From NCBI GenBank assembly GCA_902793695.1, contig CADBEI010000014.1, forward strand, positions 1-63,305: DNA of 63,305 bases, written 5' to 3'. The position numbers and the translations under genes are program-made. This stretch comes from an uncultured Pseudomonadota bacterium. Lineage in GTDB: Bacteria; Pseudomonadota; Alphaproteobacteria; RF32; CAG-239. Positions 17,478 through 26,346 of this stretch are shown here, piece after piece (position 1 is the stretch's first letter; each line of letters starts with the position of its first letter). Below the pieces are notes generated by a model. That model had not been told where the DNA came from, ran no database searches, and worked only from the letters and a program-made list of their open reading frames with translations.

Positions 17478-18740
17478 TCATAATTTAAAATATTTTTGCA
17501 TTTGCTCAAAATCCGGATACTTCTTTAAATTACCGAGCAGAGTATAAGTCATCGGGCTGCCGAAAATCATCTGCGCCGCCGCCATCACGTCATCTTTGGT
17601 AATACTCTCGATTTTATCGATGATTTCTTCCATCGGGATAAAACGGTTATACAGAATATGACGTCTGGCCACCACTTCGGCCGTAGATGACGAACTTTCA
17701 AGCCCCATCAGCATCCCTGCCTTAAATTGCACCTTTACGCGGCTAAGTTCGGCATTGCTTATCGGCTCGTTGACAATACGTTTAACTTCGTCCGCCACCA
17801 CCGGAATATAATTTTTGATTTCGTCGGCTTCCAAACCGGCATAAATACCGAACAAGCCGCTATGCATATGGTTGTTATGATAAGAATAAACACTATAAAC
17901 CAAACCGCGTTTTTCTCTTATTTCCTGAAACAGGCGTGATGACATATTGCCACCCAAAACGGTTGACATAATAGATACGGGATAACGTTTGTCGCTGTAA
18001 TAATCGGTGCCTTTAAAGCCCAATAAAACCTGAGCCTGTTCGATATCGCGCTTTTTGATGAATGAGCCGCCGGTATATATTTGTTTATCCTTAACAAAAT
18101 CGGTGTGCGGCTGCAATTCCGACATTCTGGCCGCGGTCATTTTTACCAGTTCATCGTGTTTTAAGTTGCCGACGGCGCAGACAATAATATTTTCCGCCGC
18201 GTAGTTATGTTTCATATAATCGCGCAAGGTGTCGGCATTAAACGAGCGCACTTTTTCCGCCGGTCCGAGAATACTGCGTCCCAGAGCCTGATTTTGAAAG
18301 GCTGTTTCCTGAAAATAATCAAACACAATATCGTTGGGGTCATCGTTGGTCTGCTTAATTTCCTGCACCACAACTTCGCGTTCTTTAAGCAGTTCATCTT
18401 CCGCAAAAGCGGGAGCCATAACCATATCGGCCAAAACATCGAGCGCCAACTCCAAATCATTTTTAAGCATTTTGGCGTAAAAAACCGTAAATTCGCGCGA
18501 AGTGTAGGCATTGGTACTGCCACCGACATTTTCAATATCTTCGGAAATTTGCAAAGAGGTGCGCTTTTGTGTGCCTTTGAACACCATGTGTTCCAAAAAG
18601 TGTGAAATACCGTTGTTTTCCGGCTTTTCACAAGCGCTTCCGGTATTAATCCAAATTCCGACCGATACGGTTTCCGTCTGCGGTCTTTCCACAGAAACAA
18701 CACGTAATCCGTTATTCAATGTCGTTAAATTCACATCCAT
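17478..18740 (-). CDS. M16 (pitrilysin) family zinc peptidase
   Basis: 'GISHFLEHMVFKGT' HxxEH zinc motif. Start at MDVNL after RBS ggagga. Confidence 0.9.
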   Translation of the reverse strand: MDVNLTTLNNGLRVVSVERPQTETVSVGIWINTGSACEKPENNGISHFLEHMVFKGTQKRTSLQISEDIENVGGSTNAYTSREFTVFYAKMLKNDLELALDVLADMVMAPAFAEDELLKEREVVVQEIKQTNDDPNDIVFDYFQETAFQNQALGRSILGPAEKVRSFNADTLRDYMKHNYAAENIIVCAVGNLKHDELVKMTAARMSELQPHTDFVKDKQIYTGGSFIKKRDIEQAQVLLGFKGTDYYSDKRYPVSIMSTVLGGNMSSRLFQEIREKRGLVYSVYSYHNNHMHSGLFGIYAGLEADEIKNYIPVVADEVKRIVNEPISNAELSRVKVQFKAGMLMGLESSSSTAEVVARRHILYNRFIPMEEIIDKIESITKDDVMAAAQMIFGSPMTYTLLGNLKKYPDFEQMQKYFKL

Positions 18741-18835
18741 GAAAATATTCCTCCGCACTAAAAAAATTGATTTGACAGCATTATATTGTCTGATTAGGAT
18801 AAATCAACAGAAATATTAAAAAAAGGAGTATGTAA

Positions 18836-19504
18836 ATGAACAAAAATCCACATTTTGCCGTAATACTTTCCGGTTGCGGACGCGCCGATGGTTCAGAAAT
18901 TCATGAGGCGGTTTTTGCGCTTTTATGTATTGAAAATATGGGATGTACTTATCAATGTTTTGCCCCGAATATCGAACAGGCGGCAGTGATAAACCACCTG
19001 AATAACCGGCCTATGAATGAAAATCGTAATGTTTTGGTGGAGGCGGCACGGATTGCTCGCGGTAATATCCTTGATTTGAAAGAGTTTAAGGCGCAAGATT
19101 TTGATGGAATAGTATTTCCGGGCGGTTTGGGTGCGGTTACCAATTGGTGCGATTTTGCCGCCAAGGGTGCGGATTGTGATATTAATCGCGGTATTTACAA
19201 CGTTATTCGCGAATGTTATGATAAGAAACTTGTTATCGGTGCCATGTGTATTGCTCCGGCCATGGTGGCGGTTGCGTTGGCGGATAAAAAAATACACTTT
19301 ACTCTCGGCGCCGGCGGCACAACGGTCGAAAAGTTGGAAAAACTCGGTGTTGTGCACGAAGAGGTAGGGGTTACCGATGTTTGTATCGACCGTGAAAACC
19401 GCGTTTGTACCACTCCGGCCTATATGCTTGCCACCAATATGACGGATGTTTGTCAGGGAGCGCAGAATTTAATCGGTGCCATGTGTCAGTTGATTCAAGC
19501 GTAA
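18836..19504 (+). CDS. elbB: ElbB, DJ-1/PfpI-family isoprenoid biosynthesis glyoxalase-like protein
   Basis: 'AVILSGCGRADGSEIHEAV..L' N-terminus and 'GAMCIAP' nucleophile elbow. Confidence 0.8.
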   Translation: MNKNPHFAVILSGCGRADGSEIHEAVFALLCIENMGCTYQCFAPNIEQAAVINHLNNRPMNENRNVLVEAARIARGNILDLKEFKAQDFDGIVFPGGLGAVTNWCDFAAKGADCDINRGIYNVIRECYDKKLVIGAMCIAPAMVAVALADKKIHFTLGAGGTTVEKLEKLGVVHEEVGVTDVCIDRENRVCTTPAYMLATNMTDVCQGAQNLIGAMCQLIQA

Positions 19505-19584
19505 AAATACATAAAATGCTTGCATTCCTTATTTTTTGTTTTATTCTGTAAGCTAATTGCTGTTTAAATTATAAGGAAGAAAAA

Positions 19585-21024
19585 ATGAAAACCAGAACCA
19601 GATTTGCCCCGAGCCCGACCGGATATATGCATATCGGCAACTTGCGTACGGCACTTTATGAATACTTGATTGCCAAATCGGACGGCGGTGACTTTATTTT
19701 GCGCATTGAAGATACCGACCAAAAACGTTATGTGGAGGGTGCTACCGACATTATTTACAAAACTCTGAAACGTGTCGGTATGAATTGGGACGAAGGGCCG
19801 GATATCGGTGGTAATTACGGACCTTATGTGCAATCCGAGCGTAAACTGCTATATGCCGAATATGCTCACAAATTGGTTGAACTTGGTGGTGCACATTATT
19901 GTTTTTGCGCACAAAAAGAAGAAGATAAGGATGTTGATGAGGATACTCCGGAAGCACATATTAAACTAAAAGACCCATGCAAACATATTCCGCTTGAGGA
20001 AGCAAAGGCACGTATTGCCGCCGGAGAGCCGTTTGTGGTGCGGCAAAATATCAATAAAAAAGGCACCTCGGTCTTTCATGATGTGGTTTACGGCGATATC
20101 GAAATCGATTACGATGAACTTGATGAAGGTGTTCTGTTGAAAAGCGACGGCCTGCCGACCTATAACTTTGCTAATGTAATCGACGACCATTTGATGCAGA
20201 TAACTCATGTGGTGCGCGGTAATGAATATATTTCATCAACCCCGAAATATAATCTGATTTATGAGGCTTTCGGCTGGACACCGCCGATTTATGTTCACGT
20301 TCCGCCGGTAATGAAAGATGCACAACATAAGTTGAGTAAGCGTAACGGCGATGCCTCGTTTCAAGATTTAGTGACTAAAGGTTATCTGCCTGAGGCGATT
20401 TTGAATTACATAGCTTTGCTCGGTTGGAATCCTGGTGATGAAAGAGAAATCTTTTCACTTCAAGAACTTGAAAAATGTTTTTCAAGTGAAAGATTAAACA
20501 GATCTCCGGCAATTTTCGATATTACCAAACTGACTTGGATGAACGGTTGCTATATTCGCAATTTGTCGGCTGAGGAATTCCATAAACTGGCATTGCCTTA
20601 TTATAACGATTTACCGCAAACACTTGATTTTAAAGCATTGAGTGCAGTGTTACAACCTCGTGTTGAAACTTTGGGACAAATTCCGGCCGAAACCGTATTT
20701 TTGGCGCAGGTTCCGGAATATTCAGTCGAACTTTATATCAATAAAAAGATGAAAACCGATGCCGATATCGCTTTAAAAGCTTTGCAATTGGTGTTGCCTG
20801 TTTTGGAAAAAACAATCGATTGGACCAATGAAAATTTGTTTGAAACAATGAAAAAAGCTGCACAGGAAAACGAAATGAAAAACGGGCAAATTCTTTATCC
20901 GGTGCGTATTGCGCTTTCGGGTTTGGAAACAACACCGGGCGGTGCCACCGAATTAGCGTGTGTTTTGGGTAAGGATGAAACATTGAAGCGCATTAACAAT
21001 GCAATCAATAAATTAAGCAAATAA
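19585..21024 (+). CDS. gltX: glutamate--tRNA ligase
   Basis: 'RFAPSPTGYMHIGNLRTAL' (HIGH) and 'KLSKR' (KMSKS). Confidence 0.96.
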   Translation: MKTRTRFAPSPTGYMHIGNLRTALYEYLIAKSDGGDFILRIEDTDQKRYVEGATDIIYKTLKRVGMNWDEGPDIGGNYGPYVQSERKLLYAEYAHKLVELGGAHYCFCAQKEEDKDVDEDTPEAHIKLKDPCKHIPLEEAKARIAAGEPFVVRQNINKKGTSVFHDVVYGDIEIDYDELDEGVLLKSDGLPTYNFANVIDDHLMQITHVVRGNEYISSTPKYNLIYEAFGWTPPIYVHVPPVMKDAQHKLSKRNGDASFQDLVTKGYLPEAILNYIALLGWNPGDEREIFSLQELEKCFSSERLNRSPAIFDITKLTWMNGCYIRNLSAEEFHKLALPYYNDLPQTLDFKALSAVLQPRVETLGQIPAETVFLAQVPEYSVELYINKKMKTDADIALKALQLVLPVLEKTIDWTNENLFETMKKAAQENEMKNGQILYPVRIALSGLETTPGGATELACVLGKDETLKRINNAINKLSK

Positions 21025-21033
21025 GGAGGAAAA

Positions 21034-21513
21034 ATGAAACATCTTATCGCTTTATTGGCAAGTATATTATTTGCGGCTCCGGCTATGGCTGACCGTGTAT
21101 CTCAAGATTTTAATTTGGCGGATTCGGACGGAGACGGTTATCTTACACTTGAAGAAATTACCGTAATTCAGGAACAGTCGTTGGATAAGCAAAATTCAGA
21201 TACATACGAGGTGTTGGATGCAAACAAAGACGGTATCGTTGATAAGCAGGAATATATTGCCTTTTATTCAAAAGTGGCGGCAGCTCAGTCTGAAGAAACT
21301 CCCGATTTAAGTAAAAATTTCGATACGTTGGATACAAACGATGACGGTAAATTATCCCGAGAAGAATTAAAGGCTTTTCGTACAAGCACCAAAGATACCA
21401 CCAATCATATGGTTATTGAGGTGATGGACACCGATAAAGACGGCAAAGTATCGCGCAAAGAATATAACGACTTTGTTAAGACAATGGAAGCTTTATTTGA
21501 AAAATTCCAATAG
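21034..21513 (+). CDS. secreted EF-hand calcium-binding protein (4 EF loops)
   Basis: Signal peptide. Loops DSDGDGYLTLEE, DANKDGIVDKQE, DTNDDGKLSREE and DTDKDGKVSRKE. Confidence 0.85.
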   Translation: MKHLIALLASILFAAPAMADRVSQDFNLADSDGDGYLTLEEITVIQEQSLDKQNSDTYEVLDANKDGIVDKQEYIAFYSKVAAAQSEETPDLSKNFDTLDTNDDGKLSREELKAFRTSTKDTTNHMVIEVMDTDKDGKVSRKEYNDFVKTMEALFEKFQ

Positions 21514-21524
21514 TCGGTCGCAAA

Positions 21525-22910
21525 ATGTATTACAGTCTGTTTGAAATATTTTCCGTCGGTATCGGTCCGTCAAGTTCTCATACTGTCGGTCCGATGCGTG
21601 CAGCCAAGCGCTTTGTTGATAATTTGCAGGCGCAGAATTTATCAGATAAAGTTGCTTGTCTGAAAACGCATTTATATGGTTCGTTAGCACTGACCGGCAT
21701 CGGTCATGGTACTCTCAATGCCGTGGCTTACGGATTATCCGGCCTGAATGCGGAAGATATTGAGCCACAGACCGATTATATCACGCAGATTAAAGAAAGC
21801 GGAAAACTTAGTCTCGGCGGCCGGCAGAAGATAGATTTTTCGTTTGATGATGATATTGTTTTAGATAAAAAAATCTGCCTGACCGAACATTCAAACGGTA
21901 TGATGTTTACCGCATACAATGCATCCGGCAAGGTTCTGCTTGAAGAGGTCTATTTTTCCGTCGGCGGCGGCACCATTGCCCGACGTGATGAAATTACACA
22001 CCGCATTGATCGCCAGCCTTATGAGGTGCCGTATCAATTTGAAACTTGTGCCGAATTAATGCAGATTTGCAAACAAAATAAAATGACGATTGCCGAGCTG
22101 GTGTTGCAAAATGAGAAAAAAATCTGGGGTAAACAGTTCTCAATCAGTAAACAGATACTGAAATTGGCACAGATTATGCAGGAAAATATCGATATCGGTA
22201 TGCAAAAAGACGGCTATTTGCCGGGCGGATTAAAAGTAAAACGTCATGCCAAAGAAATGTATGAGCGTTTGCAAAATCGCTTCAATAATAATGATACGGA
22301 CTCGCTGACGGCGATTGATTGGATAAATATATGGGCATTTGCCGTAGCGGAAGAAAACGCTTGCGGCGGACGAATGGTTACAGCTCCGACTATGGGCTCA
22401 GCCGGTCTGATTCCGGCGGTAATGCGCTATATGGAACGCTATGGTAAATTCCGTAATGAAACCGAAAAGAAAAATGCCGCGATTACGTTTCTGGCCACGG
22501 CTTCGGCCATTTGCAGTTTATATCGCACCAATGCCTCAATTTCCGGTGCCGAAGTCGGATGTCAGGGAGAAGTAGGTGTTGCCTGTTCAATGGCAGCTGG
22601 CGGATTGACGGCAGCATTCGGCGGGAATAATGCCCAAATTGAAAACGCCGCAGAAATCGCGATGGAGCATAATCTCGGATTGACCTGTGATCCGATTAAC
22701 GGCTTGGTACAGGTGCCATGCATTGAGCGTAATGCCATGGGAGCAATTAAAGCGGTTAATGCGGCCCGTCTGGCTTTGCAACGCACCGGAACACATATCG
22801 TGAGCTTGGACAGTATTATTAAAACCATGTACGAAACCGGTTTGAGCTTGAATCAGGACTATAAAGAAACCTCCTTGGCCGGTATTGCCAAGAATGCGAT
22901 GAATTGCTAA
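21525..22910 (+). CDS. sdaA: L-serine ammonia-lyase (iron-sulfur dependent)
   Basis: '[19 protein letters not shown]' N-terminus and '[18 protein letters not shown]' motif. Confidence 0.95.
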   Translation: MYYSLFEIFSVGIGPSSSHTVGPMRAAKRFVDNLQAQNLSDKVACLKTHLYGSLALTGIGHGTLNAVAYGLSGLNAEDIEPQTDYITQIKESGKLSLGGRQKIDFSFDDDIVLDKKICLTEHSNGMMFTAYNASGKVLLEEVYFSVGGGTIARRDEITHRIDRQPYEVPYQFETCAELMQICKQNKMTIAELVLQNEKKIWGKQFSISKQILKLAQIMQENIDIGMQKDGYLPGGLKVKRHAKEMYERLQNRFNNNDTDSLTAIDWINIWAFAVAEENACGGRMVTAPTMGSAGLIPAVMRYMERYGKFRNETEKKNAAITFLATASAICSLYRTNASISGAEVGCQGEVGVACSMAAGGLTAAFGGNNAQIENAAEIAMEHNLGLTCDPINGLVQVPCIERNAMGAIKAVNAARLALQRTGTHIVSLDSIIKTMYETGLSLNQDYKETSLAGIAKNAMNC

Positions 22911-22961
22911 ATTTTACTTTGTGGCAGATATAATGCACTCAAACAAACAAAGGAGCAAGCT

Positions 22962-24029
22962 ATGTCGCGGGCGGAAGATATATTTGAAAAATTGGTTTAT
23001 TTCGGCGAAGATGCGTTGGATGAGTTTATTCGCAGCCGCCAAACCGAGGAGCTGTTTATGGACTTTAAGCAGGCTTCTTCCACCGGCAAACACGGTTGGT
23101 CTTTGAGTCCCGATGACAGGCGCAACTTGGCAAAGTGTATATCCGGTTTCGGTAATTCCGAGGGCGGTGTAATCGTCTGGGGCGTGGAATGCTCGCGCGA
23201 TATGGATATCGGCGATGTAGCCAAAGCCAAAGTGAAGGTAGGTAATGTGCACCGTTTTATGAGCTGGGTGGAAAGCGCCATTTCCGGCTGTACCATTCCG
23301 AGCCATAACAAAGTGCGCAATCATATTATTTGCGAAGATAAAAACGGTGACGGCTATCTGGCAACCTATATTCCGAAGTCGGAGATTGCGCCGCTGATGA
23401 CTACCGTCGGCAACACTATGTATATTCGCTCCGGTTCCAACAATGTGCCGGCACCGTATGCGGTTATTGCCGGTATGTTCGGACGCCGTCCGCAACCGAA
23501 TGTGGCACTTAAATTAGAAAATCGCACTCTGGAAGTGGTGGAAAATGATGAGGAAGATGTGTTGTATCCGAAAACCATTGATACTCCGCCGCAAAAATAT
23601 GTTAAAATCGGTTTCGACGTGCTTTGTTTGAACGACAGCAACGCCATAGCACGCGAGTTGTACTTAACTTGCACTACCGATAATACCGGCGGCGAATACA
23701 ATCGGGTGCGTTTTTCCGATTATAATATGACGGCGAATATGCTCGGCTTAGAGGGGCATCTTAACCTTATAACCAAACCTGAGTTGCGTTTGCCGCCGCG
23801 CGGAATTATGAAGTTTGCGCATATTGAAATTGTATTGTCGGAATTTATTGAAGATGATTTGCTGATAAACGGAGTTGTCGGCGCCGATGGAGCAATGCCG
23901 AAATCTTTCCGTATTTTCGGTGCCAAAAACAATCTGCGCTCGTTTGTGGCGAAGGCCATACGTTCCGAAGATAATGCCGAGTTGCTGATAAATGAGTTTT
24001 TCAGCGAATTTTTGAAGGAATTTGAATGA
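22962..24029 (+). CDS. AlbA_2/Schlafen-like domain protein with an uncharacterised C-terminal half
   Basis: 'EELFMDFKQ', '[16 protein letters not shown]' and '[12 protein letters not shown]' match the E..LEFK / AFANT.GG.L..GV / Y.R.GS signature of AlbA_2. The C-terminal 200 aa are unrecognised. 4-nt overlap with rnhA. Confidence 0.6.
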   Translation: MSRAEDIFEKLVYFGEDALDEFIRSRQTEELFMDFKQASSTGKHGWSLSPDDRRNLAKCISGFGNSEGGVIVWGVECSRDMDIGDVAKAKVKVGNVHRFMSWVESAISGCTIPSHNKVRNHIICEDKNGDGYLATYIPKSEIAPLMTTVGNTMYIRSGSNNVPAPYAVIAGMFGRRPQPNVALKLENRTLEVVENDEEDVLYPKTIDTPPQKYVKIGFDVLCLNDSNAIARELYLTCTTDNTGGEYNRVRFSDYNMTANMLGLEGHLNLITKPELRLPPRGIMKFAHIEIVLSEFIEDDLLINGVVGADGAMPKSFRIFGAKNNLRSFVAKAIRSEDNAELLINEFFSEFLKEFE

Positions 24030-24472
24030 CGGCACGGGTGGAAATATTTACGGACGGCGCTTGTTCCGGCAATCCGGGAGCAGGCGGATGGGGCGCGATT
24101 CTGCGCTATAAAGACGTAGAAAAAGAATTAAGCGGCGGCGAAGAAAATACCACCAACAATCGGATGGAACTGATGGCGGTGATTGCGGCATTGAGTGCCT
24201 TGAAAAAAACTTGCAATATTTCGCTTTATACCGACAGCCAGTATGTGATGAAAGGTATTACCGAGTGGATGGCAAAATGGAAACAAAACGGCTGGCATAC
24301 GGCGCATAAAAAACAGGAAGTGAAGAATATTGACCTGTGGCAACGGCTTGATGAATTGGTAAATCGGCACGAAATACGTTGGGTGTGGGTAAAAGGGCAT
24401 AACGGCCACGCCGAAAACGAGCGCTGCGATGCACTTGCCCGCGGCGAAGTGGAAAAAATCAAAGCCGGATAG
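24026..24472 (+). CDS. rnhA: ribonuclease HI
   Basis: '[17 protein letters not shown]', 'TNNRMEL', 'TDSQY', '[15 protein letters not shown]'. Confidence 0.96.
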   Translation: MTARVEIFTDGACSGNPGAGGWGAILRYKDVEKELSGGEENTTNNRMELMAVIAALSALKKTCNISLYTDSQYVMKGITEWMAKWKQNGWHTAHKKQEVKNIDLWQRLDELVNRHEIRWVWVKGHNGHAENERCDALARGEVEKIKAG

Positions 24473-24496
24473 AATATACGCGTTATTATGAGTCTG

Positions 24497-24949
24497 TCAG
24501 CGTTTTTGCTTGAAAAAATCTTTGAGCAAATTGCCGCATTCATCGGCACAAATTCCGCCGATAATCTGCGGTCGATGGTGGCAGGTAGGGGCTTCGTAAA
24601 ATTTAACTCCGCTGACGATTGCCCCGCCTTTTTCATCGGTTGCGCCAAAATAAAGATTACGGATACGGGCAAACGAAATCGCCGCCGCACACATGGTGCA
24701 CGGTTCGAGTGTTACATACATATCCAAATCCCACAAGCGAGTAGTGCCGAGTTTGGCGCAAGCGCGCCGAATGGCTAAAATTTCGGCATGAGCCGTGGCA
24801 TCGGAGCCGTGGGCACTTTCATTGGCAGCAGAAGCAATAATCTCGCCGGTAGTCGGATTGACTATCAACGCAGCAATCGGTACTTCGTCTTTTTGCGCCG
24901 CCTGATGTGCCAAATCAAGCGCAAATTGCATATATTCTTCGTGTGTCAT
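24497..24949 (-). CDS. tadA: tRNA adenosine(34) deaminase
   Basis: 'HAEILAI' and 'TLEPCTMCAAAI' CDA zinc motifs. Confidence 0.93.
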   Translation of the reverse strand: MTHEEYMQFALDLAHQAAQKDEVPIAALIVNPTTGEIIASAANESAHGSDATAHAEILAIRRACAKLGTTRLWDLDMYVTLEPCTMCAAAISFARIRNLYFGATDEKGGAIVSGVKFYEAPTCHHRPQIIGGICADECGNLLKDFFKQKR

Positions 24950-25012
24950 TGTTCACTCTTTTTTTATACTTGTCTGTTACTATAAAACACAATTATCAAA
25001 AAAGGAAGAAAA

Positions 25013-25729
25013 ATGACGGAACGAATTGCAAAATTTATGGCACGGAGCGGAGTTTGCTCCAGACGACAGGCCGAGGAGCTGATTAAGCAGAAACGGGTGA
25101 GCGTAAACGGTGTACTGATTGAAAGTCCGGCTTTTAATGTGGAGGGCAACGAGAAAATCCTGCTTGACGGCGAGAAACTGCCGGCAATCGAACAAACACG
25201 GCTGTGGTTGTATCATAAGCCGACCGGTTTGCTGACCACCCATAAAGATACGGATAATCGGCCGACGGTATTTGATAATTTGCCGCCGGAAATGCCGCGC
25301 GTTATCAGCGTAGGGCGACTTGATTTAAATTCGGAGGGTTTGCTTTTGTTGACCAACAGCGGCGAACTTTCACGCAAACTGGAACTGCCGGCCAACGGTT
25401 GGAGTCGTCGCTATAAAATACGGGTGCACGGCAAAGTTGAACCGAAAAAATTGGCGGAACTGGAAAAGGGCGTAACCATCGACGGGGTGCAATACGGTAA
25501 GGTCAAAATAGAAATGGAAAGCCAAAACGGATCCAACAGTTGGCTTTTGATTACGCTTAACGAAGGTAAAAATCGCGAAGTACGTAAATTGATGAAGTCA
25601 ATCGGACTGGAAGTGGCACGGTTAATTCGCCTTTCGTACGGGCCGTTTCAACTCGGCAGCTTGAAAAAAGGCGAAGTAAAAGAAGTGCCGCAAAAAGTGC
25701 TTAAAGAACAACTCGGAGATAAGCTATGA
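25013..25729 (+). CDS. rluB: RsuA/RluB-family pseudouridine synthase
   Basis: S4 domain 'RIAKFMARSGVCSRRQAEELI' and catalytic 'VGRLDLNSEGLLLLTN'. Confidence 0.85.
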   Translation: MTERIAKFMARSGVCSRRQAEELIKQKRVSVNGVLIESPAFNVEGNEKILLDGEKLPAIEQTRLWLYHKPTGLLTTHKDTDNRPTVFDNLPPEMPRVISVGRLDLNSEGLLLLTNSGELSRKLELPANGWSRRYKIRVHGKVEPKKLAELEKGVTIDGVQYGKVKIEMESQNGSNSWLLITLNEGKNREVRKLMKSIGLEVARLIRLSYGPFQLGSLKKGEVKEVPQKVLKEQLGDKL

Positions 25730-26268
25730 GAATCGTGGGCGGAAAATATCGCGGCAAAAAATTATGGACTCCGGAGGGGAAAGAAGTGCGTCCGACTTCG
25801 GAGCGGGCACGTGAAGCAATATTCAATATTTTGTATTCTAAACTTGGGGGCGATTATTCTAATTTGAACTTATTGGATATTTTTTGCGGCACCGGCGCTT
25901 TCGGTTTTGAAGCACTTTCACGCGGTTTTGCACACATTACGTTTGCCGACATCGATACTGTACCGGTTAATAAAAATGCTAAATTGTTTGTCGCGGAAAA
26001 AGAGCGGTTTGATATTATAAAAACCGATGCCACACATCTGTCGCGGGCACGTCGCAAATATGATATGGTGTTTATGGATGCACCGTATGCCAAAGGATTG
26101 ACGGAACAGGCTTTGGAACAACTTTTGTTGCAAGGTTGGCTGAACGAAAAAGCAATATGTGTGGTTGAATTGCGTAACGATGAACGTTTTTTGTTGCCGG
26201 AAACATTGGAATTACTTGATGAACGGGTTTACGGATTGGCCAGAGTTTTATTTCTGCGTAAATGTTAG
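25726..26268 (+). CDS. rsmD: 16S rRNA (guanine966-N2)-methyltransferase
   Basis: 'MRIVGGKYRGKKL......RPTSERAREAIFN' and 'LDIFCGTGA', 'DAPY'. ATGA overlap with rluB. Confidence 0.88.
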   Translation: MRIVGGKYRGKKLWTPEGKEVRPTSERAREAIFNILYSKLGGDYSNLNLLDIFCGTGAFGFEALSRGFAHITFADIDTVPVNKNAKLFVAEKERFDIIKTDATHLSRARRKYDMVFMDAPYAKGLTEQALEQLLLQGWLNEKAICVVELRNDERFLLPETLELLDERVYGLARVLFLRKC

Positions 26269-26346
26269 AATTTTTTGTCAAAAGTTGTTGCTATTTGCAA
26301 AAAAGTGTGTTATATTACAGGCAAATTAAAAAAATAGGGGGTATTC

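Noticed and set aside
22914-23495. 193-aa antisense ORF opposite the AlbA_2-like gene. Similar long antisense ORFs occur at 38482..39141, 58464..59144, 56618..57274, 5420..5998 and 45327..45605.
   Set aside because: These are shadow ORFs on the opposite strand of well-supported genes. Their low-complexity, Arg/Ile/Phe-rich translations have no motifs or RBS.
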